A stretch of DNA of 64,000 nucleotides. Origin: a virus. Positions 31,301 through 41,492 of the stretch are shown here, piece after piece (within the stretch, counting starts at the first letter, position 1; the number at the start of each line of letters is the position of its first letter). Under the pieces are notes generated by a model. That model was not told the DNA's origin. It did no database searches and was given only the letters and a program-made list of their open reading frames with translations. Made by a program: the position numbers and the translations under genes. The stretch is from positions 1 through 64,000 of the IMG/VR virus record IMGVR_UViG_3300027822_000001. One strand, given 5' to 3'.

Positions 31301-34300
31301 AGAGAAGATATCTGTAAAGGATAGTAATGATAGAAACATATTTAATTATGATAAAAGAACAAAAGATTCTTATGTAACAGCTGATACCGCTTTAGAATTA
31401 GCTCTTAATGAAATGGTAACTAATCTCAATATGATTCAGTTAGTTGGAGATGTTGCTGACTACTATAAAGCAGGAAATACTCCTGAAGAAACATCAGACA
31501 ACACTTTCTCAAACTACTATAAAAGACTTGGAAGTGTAGGGGGTGCTAAAATGAATATAGCACAAGAATTTAGAGCAAAGTTTGGTAAAGTTACTAAGAA
31601 TGTTAAACATAATAGAATAAATTATGTATATGCTAAAGATATTAAAACTAATAAATATGCTAAAGAATATTTAAATGCTCTTAATGTCTCTGGTTGGGAA
31701 AATGTAAATATGTCTGATGCTGCAGAATATACAACACTTAGAGACCACATAGTAACATTACATGGAGAAGGAAGACTTAATGATAATGTCTTTAATAAGA
31801 TACATTCCAAAATAATAGAAAGTTATAGAAATGACACTCTTGTTAAATTAACTGAAGATGAGGCTATTGCTATAATACCACAAAAACCTTTATATGCGGG
31901 TACTAATAATGTTGATGGACTTAGAGTTGCTACTATTGTTAAGTCAAGTGCATTTCCTTTATTAGAAAGTATAACTGGAGGAACTCCTTTTGATGCTGTT
32001 AGAAAAGCAATGGAAGCTAAAGAGAAAGAAGAAATATTTGATAGAGACAATAAGTTAGCTTTTGATGATTCTAATGAAATTTTAGAGTTATCTACTACTA
32101 GACTTGCTTTTGAATCTGGAGTAAAAGTAGGTAATGCTAAACTAAATGATATTTTTAATGAGGATTTTACAATTAAAGATGGAGCTTTAAAAGACATAAA
32201 ATATACTAACGTAGACAGAGAACATTTAGGCATTCAACAAGAAGAAAGTGAGAATGATAGTAGAAAGATAAATATTGTAAGTCAAATGAATAAACTCGTT
32301 ACTTCTGAAATATTAGATACAAAAGGCTTTAAACTTCCTGATAAAGAAAAAGAAATGAGTGGTATTGAGTTAAGAGACTTAAAAGAGAAACTTAAAAAAG
32401 CTATAATGGATAAGAAAGCCATTAAGTTATTTAAAGATGTAGGATATGATGAAGCTACTAATTCATTTACAGATGAAAAGAAATTCATGAAGTATCTTGA
32501 ATCTAAATTATCTGCTAATGAGATATCAGCAGAAGATGTAAAGATGCTTATTGATAAGGATGGAAATCAAGTAGCTCCTCTATATCTTAATAAATCTTAT
32601 GGAAAGATAATGAGTTCTTTATTAGCATCTATTAGTAAAGATGTGATAAAACCTAAAATAAGTGGTAAAGGAGCAGTTCAATTAAGTAGTGTCGGATTGC
32701 TATTTAATGGAGATATGAATAACTCTAACATCATATTTACTAGAAGAACTGATGCAGATGGCAACATAATTAAACTTGATAGATTAGAACATACTAAATA
32801 TAAAAATGGAGAACTTAAAAGAGCTCAACTTTTAGTATCTAGAGAGTTCTTTGAAAAGTTTGGAATAGATTTAGATAATGCTACTGAAATCATTGATGGT
32901 AGGAAAGTTATGAAAGAGGGAGTAATTGATGATAGACTATTAAAAGCAATATCAGCTCGTATTCCTAATCAAAAACACTCTAGTATGTTGCAAGCTGAAA
33001 TAGTAGGCTTTCTACCAAAAGATGTTAAAGAAACAGTAATTGTATCAGATGGAATAACAAAACAGATGGGTTCTGACTTTGATATTGACCATTTATATAA
33101 CTATTTATATAACTATAAAGTACAGAAAATTACTCATAAAGAAGATTTAACAAAAGATTTAACTAAGTTTAACAAACTTGTGGAAAGAGCTAAAGAAGGA
33201 TATGCTCCTAGAAAAAGTAATCTTCATAAAGTTTTAAAAAGTATGGATAGAGAAGACTATAATGAGGAACTAATAAAAATAGGAATAGCTAAACATTTAG
33301 ATAAATTTTATGATACTAAATCTAAACAACTTTACGATATAGTTAGAGATTTTAAGCTAAGTAAAATAACTATGGTTGATGCTAATAGAGATAAAATTAA
33401 TAAAATAACAGACTTATCTACAGAAGCATTAGAAAATAGATATATAGATATTCATCACTCTATACTGGAACATAAAGAAGTATTACCTAAAATGTTAGAA
33501 GTACTTGATTTACCTGATGCTAAATTAATTACTAAAGATATAGATAGCTCAGTTCCTAAAATAGAAAATACAATGTTCTCTCCTTTATCTGGAGTATATA
33601 ATAAAAGACAATATGAGAGTAATCAAGGAGGTAAAGATGGTATATCTATACAAAGTTCTTTGAGTATGCTTCATATTGCTTTAGAAAAAGATAACTTTGA
33701 GTTACAGTTTAAAAAGTTTAGTGAAACTAAGAGAGAAAATGAAAATGTATTTAAATTTATAGTAGATGGTAAAGAAGTAGTATTTAAAGCTATAGGTAGA
33801 GGAAGTTATAATTTTAAAGGAAACAAGAGAACAAATCTTACTACTAATACTATACTACAAAATGAAGCTGTTGATAATGCTAAAAATAAATTACTATTTA
33901 GATTAGGCTATTCAGCAGTAACTTCTCCAGCTTATAATTTATTAAACTTTCTTGCAAAAGATGGAAAGTCTATGCCTTTAAGTATGATAGCTAAGATGTT
34001 TAGACAGAAAGGAGTATTAGAAGCTTATAGATATGCTGAGAATAAGACATCTATGTTTAATGATTCTTCTAAATCTTTCTCTGAGTATATGAAAGAATAT
34101 GCATTAAATAAGTATGATGGAGATAAAAACTTTTCAATATCAGAGGAAATTTTAGATAAGGGGTTAAAAGGTAAAAATACTAGTGATTCTAGTTTAAATA
34201 ATTCTGATTATGAAAGCTTGCAATCTACTCTTATTGATAAGTTATCTAAAGCTCAGGAATTTGGTTCTAATCTACTTAGAATATATTCATCAGCTAATTT

Positions 34301-37300
34301 AGAAACTAAAGGAATAGGAAGTTCTACTGGAGAGCTATTATTAAAAGAATACAACATAAATAAATTTGTAGTAAATAACTCTAGATTTAGAGGAACTTAT
34401 AGATTACTTGGAGATGCTATAAATATGGATAATGGAGTAAGAAATGTTGGTGGCAATCTTACAGAGCTTGGTAGAATTTATGATTATGGAATAAGAAAAG
34501 CTCTTAATTTTTATGAGTTAAGAGATATTAAGAATAATCCTAGAACAATGTTGGGAAGCTCTAGATATAAAAATACAATCAGACAGTTTATACGTTCTGG
34601 AGCAAATAGTGAGAAAGCTATAAAGAGAGTAGATGGAGCTTATGCTACATATGCTAATCTTAATATAGATAATCCATTCTTTAAATCATCTGGAGAAGCT
34701 GTAACTATTAATTCAGTAAGAAAAGTTTTATTAACTGGAGATAATGATGTTTATACCAGACTTATCAAGCATTTAAAAGAACCTAGTAACTTAGAGGGTA
34801 GAACATTCTTAAATAACATTAATGTTCTTCCAAAGAAAAATGTAGCAGACCCTGTTATACTTAAGTTAGTATCAGGAGACCTTTCGGATATAAAGATAGA
34901 TGAGTATATACGAAGTTTTAATGAGCTACTAACTAGTAATAATAGTAAGTCTCGAAACTTAGGTAAAGATATATTAAGAGTTATGCTTTCTCAAGGAAAT
35001 GCATATTCTCCTAATGGAATAAATAAATTATTACCTAGAGCTTATTTAATGGAACATCCAGATTTTGTTAATGCTATTAAGAATAGTAGCTTGAAAGATA
35101 TAAATTCTACTATACTGCATGAACAGATAGTTCAACATAATCCAACATTATCTGAGAAAGATTCTAACTATAAAAGAACTAAACAATTAGCCGAAACTGA
35201 TGGCTCTTATGTTCAGATAAATATTGAAGCAGATAAGGCGGATACTTTACCTGAATACTTATCTGGTAAAGACCCTGAAAGAGGATATGTTCCACTTAAG
35301 AAAGTAGGTGTTGTAGAGTCGTTATCTAATGAAGAAACTATAGAAGTTATTTATAAAGCAATTTCTAAATTAGGAAGTGGTAACTCTAATATGACTGAAT
35401 ATGACCCTTATAGTGTTGAAACTACTAGCCTTTTTAAGAACAACAACCCTTTAATGTCTTTTGAAGAATATGCTGAAAATAATAATTTAGAGCATTTAAA
35501 AGATTTAGCAAATAACAGCTTACGATTACAAGATGATTATGGTTCTTATACAGTAGAAAGAAATGATAAAGATTTAATATTTGATGAATATAATATAAAA
35601 GGAGATACACCAGAAGATTTAAGTTCTGTATTAAATAATGTAAGTGGTACAAATAAAGTAATAGCTGATGTTACTTCTGAGCTTTTAGATAAGTCTGCTA
35701 AATTTAAATTTAAAGTAACAGATGAAGCTAAGGATGGAGAATCTAGTCCATCAGCCAGAGGAGTTGTTACTGAAGATGGTTTAAGTATAAGACTACATAA
35801 CTTTGATACTGCTAATTCTGATAATCCAGAAGCATTTAGAAAAGAATTTGAAGAAGTAGTATCACATGAATCTAGCCATCAAGTGTTATTTAACGAAGCT
35901 GTTGCTTATGATAAAGGACTTTCTAAAAATAAGGGTAATAGGTTAGAAAAACAATTTGCTTTATTAGATACCTATTTAGGTAAACTAAAAAAAGCTATTA
36001 TAGATGGAGATAATACAGAACGAGGTGAAGAGTTTAAAACTTTTGAAGATAAATACAATAATAAAATAGAAGGAGACATCTCTGTAAGTGAAAGAGATAG
36101 AAATCAAGGACTTATGTCTGTTCACGAATTAATAGCTGATATAGCTAATGATGGTTTCTTAGATTCTCTTAATGGCTATGAAGTTGATGGCTTAGATGTT
36201 GCCAATACTCTATCTACTAAGATGAAAAGATTATATGTAGCACTCATTGAAAGTAAAGGGTTGCAGAATAACAAAGGAGCTCAAGAATTAATAGCTAATG
36301 TGCTTAAATTTTATGATGATGTTGCTAAGGCAAAAAAAGTTGATACTAGTGTTGAAAAGAAGGGAGAAGAAGCTCTTCCTGATGCACTTTTAAAACAAAA
36401 AGAACATGAAGTTGTTAAGCCAGAAGAAGCTAAAGATATAAAATTTGATGATATTTTAGTTAAAAAAGAAAAAGGTGTTAAACCTAAACAATTAGAAAAA
36501 GATGAAAAAGGTTTCTATAATGTTAATATTAGTAGAGGAATAAAAATACCTAAAGACACTTCTACTATAGACTATTTAAGAGAGAAAGGAACATTTTCTA
36601 AGATAGCTGAGTATGGTACTAAGAATAGTAATGAAGCTCTGTATGAAATTGATAGATTAAATAAAATAGGAGCTGAAGACAATAAAAGATTTGCACTTGA
36701 TTCTTATATAAAACCGGATGGTTCTAGAATATACAAGCCAATAGAAGTGAGCTCTAGAAAGGATAGGATGTATAATTTTAGAGATAAAGAAACTACTTCT
36801 GGAGTTCTTAAGGATATTGCATCCAACAAAGAATTTAGTAAAGATGTTAGAAATGCTGCAAATGACTTATTGAAATTTGAAAACACTGATAAAATAGGAA
36901 CATTCATTAGAAGTGATAAATACTTTATGGCTGAAAATGTGTTAAAAGATGAGAGCTTTGACTTTTTAGAGGAAGCCAATGGAACTGCTTCTGGAAATCT
37001 TGTAAGAGTTAGAGATGGAGCTACTGTAAGTGAATATTTACATGAAGTATATCATACATATTTAACAGACTTGATAGCTAATAATCCTAAGTTTAGAAAT
37101 AAACTTAAAGATTATCAAAAAAGAGTGCTAGAAAATTTTAAAGATAATAGAATAATTGATGACATATATAAAGATTTAGACGAATTTGCTGTTATGGCAG
37201 TAACTAAACCTGAGTTAATTTCCTTATTAAAATCTATGCACAGTGTAGATAAAGAAGGAAGTGTGTTATACGATGAACTTGTAGATAAGTATAAAGAAGC

Positions 37301-37580
37301 TGGTAAAGACACTGGAATATATGAAGAAATAAAGACCTTATTGAACGACAATATAAATATGAATAAAGGTGAGTTGTCGATTTCACAAGAGGCTGCGAAT
37401 TGGAGCGATTACTATAATAGAGGTGGTACTGTTGATGGATTATCTGTTGAACAAAAATATCTAATAGGTATTGGAAAAGAACCAACAGAAGTCAATAGTC
37501 ATCTCAAAGAAATACAAGAAAGAGTTCCTAATTTTACAATGGCTGACCTAACAGAGTTGGCAAGAAGTATTTACTGTTAA
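28392..37580 (+). CDS. Virion-packaged double-psi-barrel RNA polymerase with two C-terminal zincin domains
   Basis: ARIPNQKHSSM and GSDFDID (33075-33089; DFDID is the catalytic motif of phi14:2 gp66-type RNAPs); PQKP, KSSAFPL, ESGVKVG, VDNAK; HESSH and HEVYH. Confidence 0.9.
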   Translation: MRCNELIKRKDGLANYNFLEASVGENAAIESLKSYDFSKDVVPFDHTFKGEKSKLFDELTNQYGLKKAIQVSFLIRTTDFLEKYGDWTVDKNDFVGKLNEQKEPTLDAVNKIFRNESASKEMEEPTKHDVLRKKLESDSNYKLGEASVEEVSDMLESGVALATNLVIRDNVKKSTIFNALLNTFSIQRNKASKFIDYQESLAEHNKLPKSELDKIKRGKELLDTILDNEEYKTNYLTLIDSELDSMGFNTINKEATTDINDKNAENPILKEMWDEQSKFEVPIKNTLQFNIRMLLGSIPIPELDNGNLTGNYKTNSIGLAHTYTSNNITLKLLDYFNHRVVDRNSFMSDLKSSGIPEFVELASKVDKLSYNKDRLLNALTATVGRLKNNKVVAISEGNNFIVYNTNNRSDRKYITDTWYGNQNILFKESDIVELNKNNELVYSETGKKRLQHEYNNIHQILNSSNTRHIAASHFVGKLSSLVHSDKFGEAKSEEKTKMLNDMISMKEGKTIKSNSLLMPVEDVYSLLPTILKKGKDGRISFKTSDYDELSKKLLDLDIKEDTENVDDAININKINVVSPLIRHYLALTGMDFELDTIKKFLQNPGRYMTDLTDGVTEPTVKLSDLTTPRKVANGVNVLHLLIQDINKGGSGQKDENANSLRNNNPLNTNASKKVFTKLKEIEEVADLSSTFINSFGKQESSYGFNTFLSKEINNLKGNTLDGMNTDPLSRRSLWYKAFKGDDSVAGLIERPERLSLLFGDGVKEAKTGKIINRASASPLDKEVMRINLFAYNNAGFTDRLSVIDALVFSDKSRTRKILAPRISLKGEDYNFNLDFKNKESLKDYSISDVQYGDDVKHVLTDMALTEIDRINDTVLRHKEAKDVMTSERSIGGSKFLIFPSLDNKVINSFKRSDGSFDTSNKEFISKVQKHMNLLLTANANENLKEWKDVDLIRASGGIKYLDSRHKKHVGEKISVKDSNDRNIFNYDKRTKDSYVTADTALELALNEMVTNLNMIQLVGDVADYYKAGNTPEETSDNTFSNYYKRLGSVGGAKMNIAQEFRAKFGKVTKNVKHNRINYVYAKDIKTNKYAKEYLNALNVSGWENVNMSDAAEYTTLRDHIVTLHGEGRLNDNVFNKIHSKIIESYRNDTLVKLTEDEAIAIIPQKPLYAGTNNVDGLRVATIVKSSAFPLLESITGGTPFDAVRKAMEAKEKEEIFDRDNKLAFDDSNEILELSTTRLAFESGVKVGNAKLNDIFNEDFTIKDGALKDIKYTNVDREHLGIQQEESENDSRKINIVSQMNKLVTSEILDTKGFKLPDKEKEMSGIELRDLKEKLKKAIMDKKAIKLFKDVGYDEATNSFTDEKKFMKYLESKLSANEISAEDVKMLIDKDGNQVAPLYLNKSYGKIMSSLLASISKDVIKPKISGKGAVQLSSVGLLFNGDMNNSNIIFTRRTDADGNIIKLDRLEHTKYKNGELKRAQLLVSREFFEKFGIDLDNATEIIDGRKVMKEGVIDDRLLKAISARIPNQKHSSMLQAEIVGFLPKDVKETVIVSDGITKQMGSDFDIDHLYNYLYNYKVQKITHKEDLTKDLTKFNKLVERAKEGYAPRKSNLHKVLKSMDREDYNEELIKIGIAKHLDKFYDTKSKQLYDIVRDFKLSKITMVDANRDKINKITDLSTEALENRYIDIHHSILEHKEVLPKMLEVLDLPDAKLITKDIDSSVPKIENTMFSPLSGVYNKRQYESNQGGKDGISIQSSLSMLHIALEKDNFELQFKKFSETKRENENVFKFIVDGKEVVFKAIGRGSYNFKGNKRTNLTTNTILQNEAVDNAKNKLLFRLGYSAVTSPAYNLLNFLAKDGKSMPLSMIAKMFRQKGVLEAYRYAENKTSMFNDSSKSFSEYMKEYALNKYDGDKNFSISEEILDKGLKGKNTSDSSLNNSDYESLQSTLIDKLSKAQEFGSNLLRIYSSANLETKGIGSSTGELLLKEYNINKFVVNNSRFRGTYRLLGDAINMDNGVRNVGGNLTELGRIYDYGIRKALNFYELRDIKNNPRTMLGSSRYKNTIRQFIRSGANSEKAIKRVDGAYATYANLNIDNPFFKSSGEAVTINSVRKVLLTGDNDVYTRLIKHLKEPSNLEGRTFLNNINVLPKKNVADPVILKLVSGDLSDIKIDEYIRSFNELLTSNNSKSRNLGKDILRVMLSQGNAYSPNGINKLLPRAYLMEHPDFVNAIKNSSLKDINSTILHEQIVQHNPTLSEKDSNYKRTKQLAETDGSYVQINIEADKADTLPEYLSGKDPERGYVPLKKVGVVESLSNEETIEVIYKAISKLGSGNSNMTEYDPYSVETTSLFKNNNPLMSFEEYAENNNLEHLKDLANNSLRLQDDYGSYTVERNDKDLIFDEYNIKGDTPEDLSSVLNNVSGTNKVIADVTSELLDKSAKFKFKVTDEAKDGESSPSARGVVTEDGLSIRLHNFDTANSDNPEAFRKEFEEVVSHESSHQVLFNEAVAYDKGLSKNKGNRLEKQFALLDTYLGKLKKAIIDGDNTERGEEFKTFEDKYNNKIEGDISVSERDRNQGLMSVHELIADIANDGFLDSLNGYEVDGLDVANTLSTKMKRLYVALIESKGLQNNKGAQELIANVLKFYDDVAKAKKVDTSVEKKGEEALPDALLKQKEHEVVKPEEAKDIKFDDILVKKEKGVKPKQLEKDEKGFYNVNISRGIKIPKDTSTIDYLREKGTFSKIAEYGTKNSNEALYEIDRLNKIGAEDNKRFALDSYIKPDGSRIYKPIEVSSRKDRMYNFRDKETTSGVLKDIASNKEFSKDVRNAANDLLKFENTDKIGTFIRSDKYFMAENVLKDESFDFLEEANGTASGNLVRVRDGATVSEYLHEVYHTYLTDLIANNPKFRNKLKDYQKRVLENFKDNRIIDDIYKDLDEFAVMAVTKPELISLLKSMHSVDKEGSVLYDELVDKYKEAGKDTGIYEEIKTLLNDNINMNKGELSISQEAANWSDYYNRGGTVDGLSVEQKYLIGIGKEPTEVNSHLKEIQERVPNFTMADLTELARSIYC

Positions 37581-37589
37581 TTTGTATAA

Positions 37590-40500
37590 ATGGCTAAATG
37601 TATAACATTTGATGCAACTCAAAGAAAAGAATTAGTTAATTTAATAGGGTATGACAAAGCTGAAGAACTAATAAATAAATATAAATCAAAAATACCTGAA
37701 GCTGAAGTAATAAAAGGTATTAGAATTTGGGATGAATTAAGTAATAATCCAACCTATGCAGAAAGTAATGCTGACTTGCTAGAGAAATCAACTATAGAAT
37801 TTACAGCTTCTGCTAGCTCAGCTATCGGAAAGACTTTATTTAAGTTAAACAATGAACTTAAAAAACAAAGATTAAATCTACGAAATGATGTTGATGCTGA
37901 AAAATCCAACGCTAAGATTGTAGAATTGGAAGATAATATAAGACAGCTTAAAAATAATAAAAGCTTAATGTCTATTGTAGATATAACTAAGACGAGCTTA
38001 GATAGCTGGATAAAAAAAGATGTGTTTGAAAGTAAAGATTATTCTATATCTACAGTTAAAAAAGCATATGATGAATTAGAAGTGCTTGATGGCATTATAA
38101 AAGAATTACTTGTTAGAGAAGTAGATTTAAAAACTGGTAAAAATAAATATAAATTTACTAATAAAAAAGTATTTGATGAAGCTGAAAAAGTCGTAGGAGA
38201 GATAGCAATTACTAAGAATAAACTTAATGGTATCTTAGATAAAGTTGTATTAACAGAACATAATAAAGTAATGAATCGTAATGCTACAATAGATGACTTA
38301 ACTAACTATATAGATACAGATATGGGTACAGCTGTATTTCTAGACCCATCAAGGACTAAAAATCCAATAGCTAAATTTGTTCACAAAATAATGGCATTTA
38401 GAAGTAAGAATGCTAAGGTGGAATTAAATGAAACATTAGTTAAAACTATTGATAAGTTAGCTAAAGATTCAGGTTTAGATATGACAAAACAAGCCAATAA
38501 TGATATCTTCTTACAGAAAGACAAGAATGGAAAAACATTACCAAATATACTATCTGAATATAGCTATGAATACTCTGAATTTTATACTGATTTAAGAGAC
38601 TCTTTAGCATCATACTCTAGAGTAGCTGAACATGTAAGTAGAAAGAATTCAAAGTTGGCTAAGAGAGGAAACGAATTAGTTGATAAAATAAATAAAAATT
38701 ATATAGTAGCAGATACTAGAAAGCTACTAAGTAGTGATGAGAAAGTGGTAGAAGAAGAAAAAAGTAGGATGATTTCTGAAGTTGGTGAAGAAAAAGCAAC
38801 CGAGTTAATTGAACAAGCCATAGATAGATATGATAAGTATCAAAATCAATATGAAGCTTATAAAGAGAGATTAGATATGAGTAAAGATAACGACTCAGAT
38901 AGTATAGAAAGTGCTTCTAAGTTAGCCGCAAAACTAAAAAGCTTTGAAAATAGATATAGCCCTCTAAAAGTACTGGAGGCTTTAAGTGGTGAAGGCGGAG
39001 ATATTCTTCTTAATGGTTTTTATAAGTTAGCAATAGCTCCAAAAAGAATGATAGACAATAAAGACACTGGCTTTTATGATAAACGATATAATGCTTTAAA
39101 AAACAATAAAGAAAACAGTAAAAAATATGAGCTACTTAGCTTTATTAAGAACAAATTAAAAGAATATTATAGCTATTTTCCGCCAGAAGTTACAGATAAA
39201 TTACAAGATAATTATTTAGCGGAAGTCTTTGGAGATAACTTATTTGATGTATTTAAAAAAGGCAATGTAAATATTCTAAAAGATAAAATATATGAATCCG
39301 TAGCTACTAAAGAAGTTAATAATATACAGAGAGGTATTGTTAATGCTAAAAATCAACAAATAAAGAAAGTTCCTATAGAATACATGTCAGATAAAATAGG
39401 AAATCTTAATTATAGAATAAAGCGGATAAATAGTAAAATTGAAGAAAATAATGATATTATAGAATCTTATTTGCAAGACATAGAAAAGTATCAGACATCG
39501 CAACTAAAGTTTACAAATGTTAAGTCTATATTTGACAGCTATAACGAACGTATTAAAAGTAAATATGACAAAATAGCTGAATTAGAACAACAAAATAGTG
39601 AACTTTCTTCTAAACCTAAAGAGTTAGAAGATGCTAAAAATCTAATGCTAGAAAAGAAATCTACTAATATTGTAGAAGTTATGAAGAACTTAGGTTTGAT
39701 GTCTTTAAATTATAAGAATAAGATACAAATTCAAGATATAGTGGAACTAGCACGAAGAAAATTAGTCGATGGTGCTAATCAATTAGTAGAAACTAAGAAG
39801 GGAAGACCCTTACGTGCGGCAGTTACAGAGTATGTCAACAAGAACGGTCAATCTGCAGTAGAAAAAATGGTTAATGATTCTATGGATGCCATGCTATATG
39901 GAGAATTTAAAAACAATAAAGGATTTACTGATAAGTATATTGGAATTGATGCTAAATCTAGAGAAAAGGTTTCTGACTACAAAAAAGAAAAAACTAAGCT
40001 AAAAGATAAGTTATTTAAAGGCGAGATTAAAGATGATGAATTCATAGAGTCTCTTGATACTATGAAAGAAATGTTAAATAAGGAAGCAGGAGTTAGAACA
40101 ATGACTTTATCTGATGTTGCTGATACTTTTAATGCTTATGTATACAGACTTAATATGGGATGGAATCCTCTTAGTGCTGCCTCTAATGTTGTTTATGGTA
40201 AGATGGCTAATCAGATAGAAGCAGGTGCTAATGTATTTTATAACAGTAAAGATTTAAAGAAAGCCTATAGACTACTAGGGGCTTCTGCAATGAAATCATT
40301 AACTGGGAGTGCTAATACTACAGCTACAAAGATATATAACTTAATACTTAACTATGGTACTATGTTTGATTTGCTTGAAGATAGCTTTGGGGCTACTAAA
40401 GGTCTATCAGACAAACAAAAGAAGCTAGGATTTCTTAATATGATGGAAGGTCAAAGAAGAGGTGAATATAGAAATCAAGGTGCTGTACTTTTAGCCATGA

Positions 40501-41345
40501 TGGAACATGTTAAAGTTAAGCTTAAAGACGGTACTGAAATGTCTTTATTAGATGCACATGATAATTCTGGAAAGATAAGAGATGACGTAGAAAACGTATC
40601 AGAATGGAAAGCTTTCACTGAAGATGGTACTATAAATAAAGCAGCTAAGTTTAGAGCTTCAGTTCAACAACTTGTTAAAAGATTGCACGGTAACTATGAC
40701 CCTGACTCAATGATGGCGATTAAGAAAAGTGTATTAGGTAGATTTCTAATGACCTTTCATACTTACTTACCAGAAGCTATAGCTACTAGATTTGAAACTG
40801 AAAAGTTTGATGAGGAACTTAACTATATAGTAAAAGGAAGGTATAGAACTTATGGTACTTTAGGATTTAAAAGGTCTTTAACGGCACTGTCAGATATAAT
40901 TATGAATAAATATTTTAATAAAGATATAAGTAAGTATGAGAGTATACCTAAGATAGATTTAGAAAACATGAAAAGAAATGCAGTTGAGGTTCAGTGGGGC
41001 TTATCTATGATGGCTCTTACATTACTGTCTACTATGTTCTTTGATGATGATGATAGAAAAACATTTGCTATGAGGCATACCTTAGATTTACTAGGAAGAG
41101 CACAAAATGATATAAGTCAATTTGTTAGTCCACCTGCTATTTTAAATATGGTAAAGAATCCTTTTCCGCAGTATAGAGTATTACAAAGTATGTTCAAGTA
41201 TCCAGAAGTTATATATAAATATAGCACTATGGATGACATACATCATGATAATGAATATTTATTTAGAAATACAGCTAAACAATTTCCAGGAGCTAAACAA
41301 TTTCACAAGATGTTTTTAGCAGAGCCTTATAAAGGTAATCAATAA
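37590..41345 (+). CDS. Large cargo protein, last of the RNAP block
   Basis: MGWNPLSAASN, LHGNYD, LGRFLMTF and a C-terminal hydrophobic helix, typical of the terminal giant virion protein; single Cys at residue 4. Confidence 0.65.
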   Translation: MAKCITFDATQRKELVNLIGYDKAEELINKYKSKIPEAEVIKGIRIWDELSNNPTYAESNADLLEKSTIEFTASASSAIGKTLFKLNNELKKQRLNLRNDVDAEKSNAKIVELEDNIRQLKNNKSLMSIVDITKTSLDSWIKKDVFESKDYSISTVKKAYDELEVLDGIIKELLVREVDLKTGKNKYKFTNKKVFDEAEKVVGEIAITKNKLNGILDKVVLTEHNKVMNRNATIDDLTNYIDTDMGTAVFLDPSRTKNPIAKFVHKIMAFRSKNAKVELNETLVKTIDKLAKDSGLDMTKQANNDIFLQKDKNGKTLPNILSEYSYEYSEFYTDLRDSLASYSRVAEHVSRKNSKLAKRGNELVDKINKNYIVADTRKLLSSDEKVVEEEKSRMISEVGEEKATELIEQAIDRYDKYQNQYEAYKERLDMSKDNDSDSIESASKLAAKLKSFENRYSPLKVLEALSGEGGDILLNGFYKLAIAPKRMIDNKDTGFYDKRYNALKNNKENSKKYELLSFIKNKLKEYYSYFPPEVTDKLQDNYLAEVFGDNLFDVFKKGNVNILKDKIYESVATKEVNNIQRGIVNAKNQQIKKVPIEYMSDKIGNLNYRIKRINSKIEENNDIIESYLQDIEKYQTSQLKFTNVKSIFDSYNERIKSKYDKIAELEQQNSELSSKPKELEDAKNLMLEKKSTNIVEVMKNLGLMSLNYKNKIQIQDIVELARRKLVDGANQLVETKKGRPLRAAVTEYVNKNGQSAVEKMVNDSMDAMLYGEFKNNKGFTDKYIGIDAKSREKVSDYKKEKTKLKDKLFKGEIKDDEFIESLDTMKEMLNKEAGVRTMTLSDVADTFNAYVYRLNMGWNPLSAASNVVYGKMANQIEAGANVFYNSKDLKKAYRLLGASAMKSLTGSANTTATKIYNLILNYGTMFDLLEDSFGATKGLSDKQKKLGFLNMMEGQRRGEYRNQGAVLLAMMEHVKVKLKDGTEMSLLDAHDNSGKIRDDVENVSEWKAFTEDGTINKAAKFRASVQQLVKRLHGNYDPDSMMAIKKSVLGRFLMTFHTYLPEAIATRFETEKFDEELNYIVKGRYRTYGTLGFKRSLTALSDIIMNKYFNKDISKYESIPKIDLENMKRNAVEVQWGLSMMALTLLSTMFFDDDDRKTFAMRHTLDLLGRAQNDISQFVSPPAILNMVKNPFPQYRVLQSMFKYPEVIYKYSTMDDIHHDNEYLFRNTAKQFPGAKQFHKMFLAEPYKGNQ

Positions 41346-41356
41346 ATAATAATTAG

Positions 41357-41382
41357 GGGATGCCGTTAGGTGTCCCTTTTTT
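41357..41382 (+). terminator. Intrinsic terminator ending the virion arm
   Basis: GGGATGCC-GTTA-GGTGTCCC followed by TTTTTT. Confidence 0.8.
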
Positions 41383-41412
41383 GTTTTTACTCCAAACTTC
41401 GACAGATTGAAC

Positions 41413-41464
41413 AAAAAAAAGTCCAAAAATCACACTTTTTAGTATGAAATTTGGACTTTTTTTT
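41413..41464. terminator. Bidirectional long hairpin made of two abutting, oppositely oriented AAAGT-N11-ACTTT boxes
   Basis: A8-GTCCAAA...TTTGGAC-T8 at the convergence of the two arms; boxes at 41418-41438 and 41439-41459. Confidence 0.65.
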
Positions 41465-41492
41465 ATAAATTGAACTTTGCGTCATCGCCTAA

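Noticed and set aside
25592-37485. Antisense ORFs within the giant cargo genes (and similar ORFs such as 224-514, 15664-16059, 41952-42389, 47082-47438)
   Set aside because: S/L/F-rich shadow frames expected opposite K/E/D-rich genes; no motifs or independent start context.
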